From Nitrospirota bacterium (lineage in GTDB: Bacteria > Nitrospirota > UBA9217): a DNA stretch of 64,000 nucleotides. Positions 1 to 7,524 of this stretch are shown here, in pieces; positions within the stretch are counted from its first letter, which is position 1; each line of letters starts with the position of its first letter. The translations under genes and the position numbers were made by a program. The DNA lies in NCBI GenBank assembly GCA_963749655.1, contig CAVVOB010000018.1, positions 179,248 to 243,247 of the forward strand, read 5' to 3'. The notes beneath the pieces are model-generated. The model did not search any database. It was not told the origin of the DNA and saw only the letters and a program-made list of their open reading frames with translations.

Positions 1-1
1 T

Positions 2-262
2 CTGCTCGCAACAGAGGACATCACTCTGGACTTTACGAAGGAAGCAATCGAGGAAATAGCCGCCATCGCGGCGCAGGTCAATGAACGAACGGAGAATATC
101 GGCGCCCGCAGGCTGCATACTATCGTGGAGCGGCTGCTCGATGAAATATCTTTTGACGCACCCGAGAAAAAAGGCGCCAGTTTCAACATCACCGCAGACT
201 ACGTACGCGAACGCATGACCGATGTTCTGAAGAGCGAGGACCTGAGCAGGTACATCTTGTAA
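2..262 (+). CDS. hslU: ATP-dependent protease ATPase subunit HslU, C-terminal part (runs off window start)
   Basis: Frame 2 translates to [55 protein letters not shown]...[18 protein letters not shown] and DLSRYIL are HslU signatures. Confidence 0.95.
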   Translation: MLATEDITLDFTKEAIEEIAAIAAQVNERTENIGARRLHTIVERLLDEISFDAPEKKGASFNITADYVRERMTDVLKSEDLSRYIL

Positions 263-267
263 AACAA

Positions 268-316
268 GTTTCGGGTTTCGAGTCTAGCTCGAAACAGAAA
301 ACTCGGGACGCGAGAC
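268..316. repeat. Degenerate heptamer-type inverted repeat (GTTTCGG/GTTTCGA ... CTCGAAAC/AACTCGG)
   Basis: Intergenic hslU-argB sequence gtttcgggtttcgagtctagctcgaaacagaaaactcgggacgcgagac. Confidence 0.45.
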
Positions 317-334
317 ATTATTCCTGGGGTTGTT

Positions 335-1228
335 ATGCAAAAACTTATCGAAAAAGCGAAAACCCTCATCGAGGCCATGCCTTACATCCAGACCTTCCGG
401 GGGAAGACCTTCGTGATCAAATACGGCGGCAACGCCATGATCGATGAAGGGCTGAAGCAGGGATTTGCCCAGGACGTGGTCCTTCTGCGCTACATCGGCA
501 TAAATCCCGTGATCATCCACGGGGGCGGACCGCAGATCGGCAAGACCATGGAGCGGATGGGAAAGAAGCCTGCCTTCGTATCGGGCCAGCGGGTTACGGA
601 CGAAGAGACCATGGATATCGTCGAGATGGTGCTCGGCGGAAAAGTGAACAAGGAAATCGTCAACTTGATCAGCCAGGCGGGCGGCAAAGCCGTGGGTCTC
701 ACCGGCAAGGATGGCGGTCTCATCCAGGCGACAAAGCTGAAATTGACCAAACAGTCCGAAATCACGGGCGAGACCGAGATCATCGACATCGGGCTCGTCG
801 GCCAGGTGACCGAGGTCCGGCCGGGCGCCCTTGTCGCGCTTGATCAGGGCGGCTTCATTCCCGTCATCGCGCCGGTCGGCGCGGGACCGCAGGGCGAAAC
901 CTACAACATCAACGCCGATCTCGTGGCCGGCGCCGTGGCTGGCGCCTTAAAGGCCGAAAAGCTCATACTTCTCACCGACCAGGCCGGTATTCTGGACAAG
1001 GACAAGAAGCTGATCCCGACACTGAATAAGAAAAAGATCGAGGACCTGATCCAGTCCGGGACCGTCGGCGGAGGCATGCTGCCGAAGACGCGGTCGTGCT
1101 TCGATGCGCTTGAAGCGGGCTGCGTCAAGGTCCATATCATCGACGGCCGGGTCCCCCACGCTCTCCTGCTTGAGAATCTTTACGAAGGAAGGAATCGGAA
1201 CGGAGATTACGCTTTAAGGGGATCGTGA
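335..1228 (+). CDS. argB: Acetylglutamate kinase. An apparent +1 frameshift near 1175 alters the C-terminus; the corrected stop is at 1215-1217.
   Basis: [23 protein letters not shown] and GGMLPK motifs. Removing one A in gagaatc restores [16 protein letters not shown]. Confidence 0.95.
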   Translation: MQKLIEKAKTLIEAMPYIQTFRGKTFVIKYGGNAMIDEGLKQGFAQDVVLLRYIGINPVIIHGGGPQIGKTMERMGKKPAFVSGQRVTDEETMDIVEMVLGGKVNKEIVNLISQAGGKAVGLTGKDGGLIQATKLKLTKQSEITGETEIIDIGLVGQVTEVRPGALVALDQGGFIPVIAPVGAGPQGETYNINADLVAGAVAGALKAEKLILLTDQAGILDKDKKLIPTLNKKKIEDLIQSGTVGGGMLPKTRSCFDALEAGCVKVHIIDGRVPHALLLENLYEGRNRNGDYALRGS

Positions 1229-1277
1229 CCTGCCGCCTAATCGAAAAGAAAATCATCACGCGCAGCGTAAAATAAAG

Positions 1278-1309
1278 AAAGCCCGGAGGCCAGCGCCTCC
1301 GGGCTTTTT
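1278..1309 (+). terminator. Intrinsic terminator, possibly bidirectional
   Basis: aaagcccggagg-ccagcg-cctccgggcttt followed by a T run; A-rich on the other side. Confidence 0.8.
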
Positions 1310-1342
1310 CATTCTTCTTGCCGTTGTTATAATACTGCTCCT

Positions 1343-2717
1343 CATTGCTGTCCAAGATAATCTGATTTCCTGAAGCTCACCCCTACCAATCAAGGCTTTT
1401 AGACAGGTAATTCCATCATCTCGGATTCAGGTTCTTTGTTCTGCTGTCCAATTACCGATAGCTCATTACCAGTTGTTCTGCCGACGGTACAATCGGCGGT
1501 GTTTCAAACGGATTATCCAGCCATGTCCATAAATCTCGATACGTGAACAGGTTATACCGGAGCATGGCAACCAAATTCGACAACGACCAGCCGAGTGTGG
1601 AACGGAACTTCAAGTACTTCAACACCAGGATTGCGATTAATGCTGTCCAAATCTGGGTCAGCAAAGCATTCCGGCTCGTTCCCACAAACGTCTTGATCTT
1701 CAGATTCTGCTTGATCGTCTTGAAAAATATCTCAATCTGCCAACGGTCTTTATATATGCTCGCGATGGTCGTAGCGCCAAAAGTGAGATGATTTGTCCAC
1801 AGAACAATCACCCGCTCATTGTCTGCGTCCCATACTTCTACCCGCCGCAGGATATATGGGCATTTCCTGATTGAGTAATGGCCTGTCAGCTCAATGAGCT
1901 GGTCTTTAATGATGTTTCTGTTGTCGGGTACCGCTCTCTTTTCGATCACCTTGAAAGCGGCGTTATCCTTCTCTCTCGTTACAAAAAAAATTCCGGCCTC
2001 GGTCCATCGGGCAAACTGCTCATAGTCCACATAACCCCGATCAATTGCCAGGATGGAGCCTTTGGGGAACGTGAGCGTATGCGCGATGTTCACTTCATGC
2101 ACATTCCCCTCGGTCATACTGCAGAAGACCGGAAGATAGCCGTCGTGGTCCAACAGCAGGTGAAGCTTGATAGCTCCTTTTTTCTGCCGATACTTTGCCC
2201 AGTCAAACAAAGTGATGCAAAGTTCTATCAGCGTGGCATCGAGGCTGAACAGCTTGTTCTTGAACCGAAACGGCTTCTTGCCGTGTGCCAGAACCCGGCA
2301 CTTGGCCAGGAGCTGATAAAAGACCTTCTGGTACAGCTGCCACGGCCGATGCTCGTTGGCATAGGCCAGTGTGGAACGTTTGGGCGCTACATCTATCCCG
2401 AGGTGCTTAAGCTTGCCTAGGCATGTCGCCAATCCGCCGCAAATCTCCCGCAGCGAGTGTGCTTGTCCCAACTGACAGAACACCATTGCAACGAACTGAC
2501 CCCAGCAACTGAACCCTTTTACGCCTCTTTCTGCCCGTGTTTCCCGCACCGCTCTCACAAAATCCTGCTGCGAAAATATATCTAGAATCTGTCCGAAAAT
2601 GCTGTTAAACTTGTTCACGGGGATGTCCTCCTTCGGATATTTTGGTCTTCGACAAACCTACTTTATCCGATTGAGGCTTCCCCTGCAATTACTCAAATCC
2701 TATCTTGGACGGGTCTG
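1343..2717 (-). mobile_element. IS4-family insertion sequence (1375 bp)
   Basis: Imperfect terminal IRs cattgctgtccaagataa (1343) and ctatcttggacgggtctg (to 2717). 9-bp direct repeat ACTGCTCCT at 1334-1342 and 2718-2726. Confidence 0.9.
1452..2618 (-). CDS. IS4-family DDE transposase (DUF4372-type N-terminus)
   Basis: SLDAT, IDRGY and YKDRWQIEIFFKTIKQNL (YREK) motifs. Confidence 0.95.
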   Translation of the reverse strand: MNKFNSIFGQILDIFSQQDFVRAVRETRAERGVKGFSCWGQFVAMVFCQLGQAHSLREICGGLATCLGKLKHLGIDVAPKRSTLAYANEHRPWQLYQKVFYQLLAKCRVLAHGKKPFRFKNKLFSLDATLIELCITLFDWAKYRQKKGAIKLHLLLDHDGYLPVFCSMTEGNVHEVNIAHTLTFPKGSILAIDRGYVDYEQFARWTEAGIFFVTREKDNAAFKVIEKRAVPDNRNIIKDQLIELTGHYSIRKCPYILRRVEVWDADNERVIVLWTNHLTFGATTIASIYKDRWQIEIFFKTIKQNLKIKTFVGTSRNALLTQIWTALIAILVLKYLKFRSTLGWSLSNLVAMLRYNLFTYRDLWTWLDNPFETPPIVPSAEQLVMSYR

Positions 2718-2724
2718 ACTGCTC

Positions 2725-4065
2725 CTAAAACCACGATCTGGTCCCGGGGTGGCAGTTTGCGTTGCAAGTCGCACCATTGTAATTCACGTCCGTGAGTATC
2801 GTTGCAGACGCGGGCCCTTCCATCGTTGTCGTATTCAAGGTCGAAAAATGATTGCCTGCGAGCTTGAACGGATCGTGACACTTGAGGCAGCTGAAGTGCT
2901 CGGTATTCACGTGGAAATCATGCTGACCGGACACGTAGCTGTTGTACTCAGTAGTGCCAAAGGCGTGACAGGATGCGCACTGGTCGGTGAACAGGTCGAT
3001 CGTTGCACCCGAGAGCCAGGCAGGAGTAGTCTGTCCGCCGTGACAGCTTACCGATGAACAGGTTCCGTCGGCGTTCGCAACCGCTGTTCCGCTCTTCGCG
3101 CTGTAGACGCTCAAGAACTGCAGTTCGACCGTATTGTCAAAGTGCTTGATGGTGGTCGATCCCGCGCCATTGTGGCAGGTATTGCATACCGATTTGACAT
3201 TCGGCAAGGCATTGTGCGCTGCATGAGCCCCGCTCCTGTCAGGAGCGGCGGTGCCGGAAGGAGGATTACCATGGCAGGACGTGCACCCCGTGAATGTGAG
3301 GGGGGAGCCTTTGAGATGACAGCTGGTGCATGCAGGACCGCTCCCTGACACTCCGGCGAGCGTTGTCCCGTGGCATGCCGCATTCGCACAGGACGTTGCC
3401 CCGTTGGCATTGACATACGCCGCGTGGTTTATCTGCGGATACTGGCCCCAGTCCAGAGGATGCACGGAGCTGGCTCCGTCCAGATGACAGCTTGAGCATG
3501 CCGGACCGCTGCCGCTGACGCCGCCGAGCGCCGCTCCATGGCATGCTGCAGTAGCGCAGCCCGCTGTGCCGTTTGTGTTGACGTAGGCGCCGTGCAAAAG
3601 ATCGATGTTCTGGCCCCACTCGACCGGGTGGAACGAGTTCACGCCTCCCAGGTGGCAGCTCGTGCACGACGGTCCGCTGTTCGTGACCCCGTCGAGCGCC
3701 GTTCCATGACAAGCGGCGTTTGCGCAGGATGTAGTGCCGAGAGCATCGGCATAGTTTCCGTGCTTGGACAATATGTCCTGACCCCAGTCGGTCGGATGGA
3801 TCACCGTGGGTCCGCCGAGATGGCAACCCGTGCACGATATGCCGGAAACTCCGCCGAGGTAATCGATTCCGTGGCATTCCTTGCAGACCGAAGTGCCTTC
3901 CTGCGCCGCGGTCATGTGGCCCGCCGGGAGCCAGTTCGCCTGATGGCCGGTGTCCGCATCGAACGGCGCTTTCGAATTCTTACTCGAGCTACCGCACGCG
4001 GTAATGAACATCAACCCCGCGATGAGGAACATACTGATGATCGTCGGTTTGGTTACCTGTGGCAT
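2725..4065 (-). CDS. Multiheme cytochrome c lipoprotein with 14 heme motifs (9 CxxCH, 4 CX4CH, 1 CX3CH); Geobacter-type CxxxxCH...CxxCH repeats
   Basis: Motifs counted in the translation; lipobox ITAC-GSS; ~56-aa internal repeats HPxxWGQ...CAxAACHG...SGPxCxSCHL. Confidence 0.9.
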   Translation of the reverse strand: MPQVTKPTIISMFLIAGLMFITACGSSSKNSKAPFDADTGHQANWLPAGHMTAAQEGTSVCKECHGIDYLGGVSGISCTGCHLGGPTVIHPTDWGQDILSKHGNYADALGTTSCANAACHGTALDGVTNSGPSCTSCHLGGVNSFHPVEWGQNIDLLHGAYVNTNGTAGCATAACHGAALGGVSGSGPACSSCHLDGASSVHPLDWGQYPQINHAAYVNANGATSCANAACHGTTLAGVSGSGPACTSCHLKGSPLTFTGCTSCHGNPPSGTAAPDRSGAHAAHNALPNVKSVCNTCHNGAGSTTIKHFDNTVELQFLSVYSAKSGTAVANADGTCSSVSCHGGQTTPAWLSGATIDLFTDQCASCHAFGTTEYNSYVSGQHDFHVNTEHFSCLKCHDPFKLAGNHFSTLNTTTMEGPASATILTDVNYNGATCNANCHPGTRSWF

Positions 4066-4499
4066 GCCTTGCACCTCTCATTGTTCTGACGGCCATGGCA
4101 CGGGAAGCACGAAGCCGGGTTGATCCTGCCGTCGATCTTGTGCTGGTTCAGGTAGTCTCCCCGATGGGGCATCGCAATAGCGGGGGAATCCTTGTATTTA
4201 TCGCTCGGTTTCAATTCTTCCTTGTGAGCATGGCAATCCGAACAGAATGCATCGCTATGGCATACGCCGCAGGTCTGCCTGTTCTGCGATGCGTAGTACT
4301 TGTGCCGCGAGCTGTAAAAATCGGGGGTGTGGTTCAGTACGCCCCGATCATCGGTATGACAGTCGCTGCAGATGGGCGGCGTCGGCACCTCGGTCGGATG
4401 CTTTGCGACCATGCTGGTCGTCTGCGCGCAGGCAAACAGCACGGCAGCGGCCGCCGGCAGGAGCAGCAAAAAAGCCATTTTTATCATTCTCTTGTTCAT
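4053..4499 (-). CDS. Pentaheme cytochrome c lipoprotein
   Basis: CSDCH, CGVCH, CSDCH, CFPCH, CKACH; lipobox LFAC; GGAGG upstream of ATG at 4499. Confidence 0.92.
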   Translation of the reverse strand: MNKRMIKMAFLLLLPAAAAVLFACAQTTSMVAKHPTEVPTPPICSDCHTDDRGVLNHTPDFYSSRHKYYASQNRQTCGVCHSDAFCSDCHAHKEELKPSDKYKDSPAIAMPHRGDYLNQHKIDGRINPASCFPCHGRQNNERCKACHR

Positions 4500-4500
4500 G

Positions 4501-5844
4501 CTATACGCCCTCCTTCCGTTTGCCGGTGATTTCAAAACTGTAGATCAGTTTCAGGAATGTCCGGATGTCCTGGTCGAAATCGGGATTCTTCGAATACTCC
4601 ACGTCGGCGCCCAGTTTCAGGTTCTCAGCAAGCTCATAGTCGGCGGCAAGGGTCACGGAATAAGCATCCTTGACATCATTGATCGCGGTGTCATAGGCGA
4701 CATCCAGCACGTCCAGAGTCACGCCGGCATGTCCGAATTTCCGCGTGCAATAGACGCGATATTCAGAGTATTTCAACCGGTCTTCCTTGCCGTCCATACG
4801 ATGTATCGACACTCCGGATCCGCCGGCCTCCGAATAGGAAAAACGAACGTTGCCGCCGTAGTAGTTCGCGTCGCCCGCAACGCTGTATCGGAAGGCCTTG
4901 TAATTCACGGAAACGTTGAGCTTGTCGGTGATATCATAGGACACTTCTTCGCCCAGGATGTTGACCTTTTCCTTCTCATCGATGACGGTGGGATCAAATT
5001 TGAAGACCGAGGTCAACGAACCCGTGAAGTAATCCTTGTAATTGATCATCGACGCTTCCGTATTCAATCGTACCTTCGCAAAAGGTCCGAGGACGAGAAA
5101 ATAGGTATGGTTCGCCCAATCGTTCGTGATGGAATTGTACTTGGAGTTGCCCATGAGTTCCACCTTATTGATCGGCCGGACCCAGAGATCCACGCCTTCT
5201 TCCTTGCGGAAGTCCGCGCTGTCCTTCTCTTCCTTGAGGGCCGAGATGCCGATGCGGTACAGCCCCGGCATCTGATGGGACAACCTGCCGCCGTAGATGG
5301 TATCGCTCACGTCCCCCGAAAAGTTTGCGACATCGGAATCAACGGAGCGGCCGGCAAAAGCGGACACGCCGAAATTGCCCGCAAGGTCGGTCCTGCCATA
5401 GATGCCGTCAACCCTCTCCGCGGCAACGCCTTCAGACACCAGAACGCGCCCCAGGTTGACAACGGCATTGCCCTTTGAGCTGCGGTAACTCAGGTAGCCG
5501 TAGGACAGATCATTGTCCTCCCGAGTTCCCAGCCTGCTGTGGGGCGCATCGGGTTCCATTGATCCCAGATTGTACCGGAGCCAGCCGCCCATGTGAAACG
5601 TAAAGCTTTCCTTTTCCGGATTCAGAACGGAAAAATTGAGATATTCATAGGCGCCGAGAATATTTCTCTTTTCTGTGTCCTCACGGGACTGCAAATAGGT
5701 CGTAGAACTGCCGACAACACTCACCTCCGCCGATGCAGCCGGCGAGAATATCGGCGCCGCGGACAGAAACAGGACCGCTGCTCCAAACATTCGCATGACC
5801 CGTGGACAGCTTAACATCCTTGACAACATCTTCTTCATCCTCAA
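4501..5844 (-). CDS. Outer-membrane beta-barrel (porin) of a porin-cytochrome conduit
   Basis: Signal peptide (ASA-E), amphipathic Tyr/Gly/Asp-rich beta strands, KLIYSF near the C-terminus; directly upstream of two multiheme cytochrome genes. Confidence 0.75.
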   Translation of the reverse strand: MRMKKMLSRMLSCPRVMRMFGAAVLFLSAAPIFSPAASAEVSVVGSSTTYLQSREDTEKRNILGAYEYLNFSVLNPEKESFTFHMGGWLRYNLGSMEPDAPHSRLGTREDNDLSYGYLSYRSSKGNAVVNLGRVLVSEGVAAERVDGIYGRTDLAGNFGVSAFAGRSVDSDVANFSGDVSDTIYGGRLSHQMPGLYRIGISALKEEKDSADFRKEEGVDLWVRPINKVELMGNSKYNSITNDWANHTYFLVLGPFAKVRLNTEASMINYKDYFTGSLTSVFKFDPTVIDEKEKVNILGEEVSYDITDKLNVSVNYKAFRYSVAGDANYYGGNVRFSYSEAGGSGVSIHRMDGKEDRLKYSEYRVYCTRKFGHAGVTLDVLDVAYDTAINDVKDAYSVTLAADYELAENLKLGADVEYSKNPDFDQDIRTFLKLIYSFEITGKRKEGV

Positions 5845-6047
5845 GATGCTTCCTCCTTTCCGAAATATGAATCAGTTATCGAGAAAAACCTTATTGAGCG
5901 CTGATAAACAGGTGCCGGTATAACCGCCTGCGAATGCACGGGAGAGGTTTCTCCGGAAATAAGCAGTAATGCAAAAAACCTCATGGTAATTGCAGGCAGA
6001 CTGACCCACGGAACCATTGTGCACTTTTTGCTATAAAAATCGATCAT

Positions 6048-6076
6048 ACTATACGTGAAAAAACGCGGGAAATCAA
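6048..6076 (-). promoter_or_regulatory. Candidate sigma-70 promoter for the porin-cytochrome operon
   Basis: TTGATT-N17-TATAGT on the minus strand. Confidence 0.45.
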
Positions 6077-6118
6077 GATGAAAGGGATTTCATGGAAGAA
6101 AATATCCCGGACGTTGTG

Positions 6119-6148
6119 TTGACAGTCCAAAGAGAAAAAGTGTATAAT
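6119..6148 (+). promoter_or_regulatory. Consensus sigma-70 promoter with extended -10
   Basis: TTGACA-N18-TATAAT with TG immediately before the -10; GTG start 5 nt after the -10. Confidence 0.65.
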
Positions 6149-6153
6149 TTTTC

Positions 6154-6657
6154 GTGCGCCGAAATTCGAATTCTCCATATGCCTGTTCCGTGGTGGTCCT
6201 GCTTCTTGGTGCCGTCACGGCATTGTTTGCCCTTCTGCAGGTCCATGACGCTTTTGCCCAGCCGGGACCGGTTGCTGATTCAGGAAGCCTTTCAGCCTAC
6301 CGCCTCATCGGCACTATCGGCGGCAACGCGCTTGCCGGGGCCGTACTGAGCGACGGGAAAGGCGAGCAGACCTTCATCCGGCTCAACGACAGACTGCCCG
6401 ACGGATCGCAGCTCGTAGGCGTTCATTTAGACAGGATTTCAATAAAAGGGACTGACGGCACGCGCTACGACATGTACATCTCCCACGAGACAAAACCCTC
6501 TTCCCCTACTCCTATCAAGCCTGTTGCCGAGGCCAGGCCTGCGCCGCCTGTTGATCCTTACACGGGAAACGTTGCACCCACTGCACCGGCCGGGCATCCC
6601 GTCACAATGCCGGGCAAACGGGGCCGCGTGGGCCGCACAGGATCAAACGCCGAATAA
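6154..6657 (+). CDS. Membrane-anchored protein with type II secretion GspC-like HR domain and Pro-rich tail
   Basis: N-terminal TM/signal, then YRLIGTIGG..AGAVLSDGKGEQTFIRLNDRLPDGSQLVGVHLDRISI, a pattern typical of the GspC/PilP fold. Confidence 0.55.
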   Translation: MRRNSNSPYACSVVVLLLGAVTALFALLQVHDAFAQPGPVADSGSLSAYRLIGTIGGNALAGAVLSDGKGEQTFIRLNDRLPDGSQLVGVHLDRISIKGTDGTRYDMYISHETKPSSPTPIKPVAEARPAPPVDPYTGNVAPTAPAGHPVTMPGKRGRVGRTGSNAE

Positions 6658-6845
6658 CTGCAACCTACTGTTTTCTCTCGAAAAATTTCATGCAAACCGG
6701 GCACTTATAACCTATACCAGCGGCAAATACAATCCACCAGCTGTCCCATTTTACTCTTTTTCTAGGAACGGCACAGAGACCACGCTCAAAACCTGTATGC
6801 CGCTAGTTGCGAGGTGCATGGTACATTATGCGTAGTAAAATTATG

Positions 6846-6880
6846 AAGAGGACATGCCTCAGATTAAGACATGTCCTCTT
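6846..6880. terminator. Inverted repeat between convergent genes
   Basis: aagaggacatg-N13-catgtcctctt. Confidence 0.4.
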
Positions 6881-6970
6881 AGAGCACAAAACTCATAAGC
6901 CAGGGTAATGATTGCTGAAGGCACTATAGCAAAATGTCAGTTTACCAATAAATATAAAAACCCGAATAGG

Positions 6971-7324
6971 TCAATTCCCTAAAATCGCTTTCCAGCCTTC
7001 GCGTCCTGTTTTATCTTTTACTTTGTAAATTTTAAATGGAGTGATATTTTCCTTCGGCTCGGATATTTTGCCATCCGGCATCAGCATGGTAAGCGTCATT
7101 TTCACTCTGACTGGCCAGGACCCGTCTGCATTCCGTTTGCCCCGCTCCACGATGACGAGGGGAGATGTGACCGTGAACCCCTTGCCCTTCAGTGCCCCGG
7201 AACCGTCTATCGCCTTAATCACTTCCTCGTCCTTCGGCTTTGAGAATCCTGAACAGCCTACTGCATTCAATACAAAAACGCCCGCAAGTATTAATACAAT
7301 AAATAGAATAGATCTGTTTCTCAT
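6971..7324 (-). CDS. Hypothetical lipoprotein (paralog of 20766-21152)
   Basis: Lipobox AVGC; shares PKDEE.IKA, SP..IVE, DG.WPV.VK.TL and WKA with the 20766-21152 protein. Confidence 0.8.
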   Translation of the reverse strand: MRNRSILFIVLILAGVFVLNAVGCSGFSKPKDEEVIKAIDGSGALKGKGFTVTSPLVIVERGKRNADGSWPVRVKMTLTMLMPDGKISEPKENITPFKIYKVKDKTGREGWKAILGN

Positions 7325-7434
7325 TTGAGTGAATCTCCTCACGCATGAAATGATTGAAGTGCTACAGTACACGATCTGTCCCTCTTTGTCAAATCAACGC
7401 GTCTATTCGTAACTCGCGAACCACAATCGGACTC

Positions 7435-7464
7435 AAAAAAAGGCGGACCCCGCAGGGTCCGCCT
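7435..7464 (-). terminator. Intrinsic terminator of the decaheme cytochrome gene
   Basis: aggcggaccc-cgca-gggtccgcct with an A run on the plus strand (U tail on minus). Confidence 0.85.
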
Positions 7465-7524
7465 CAATGGTGTTCGTATGCGCTTTTGAATCCGCGCCTT
7501 GCTGGACTACGTTACCTGCTGATA

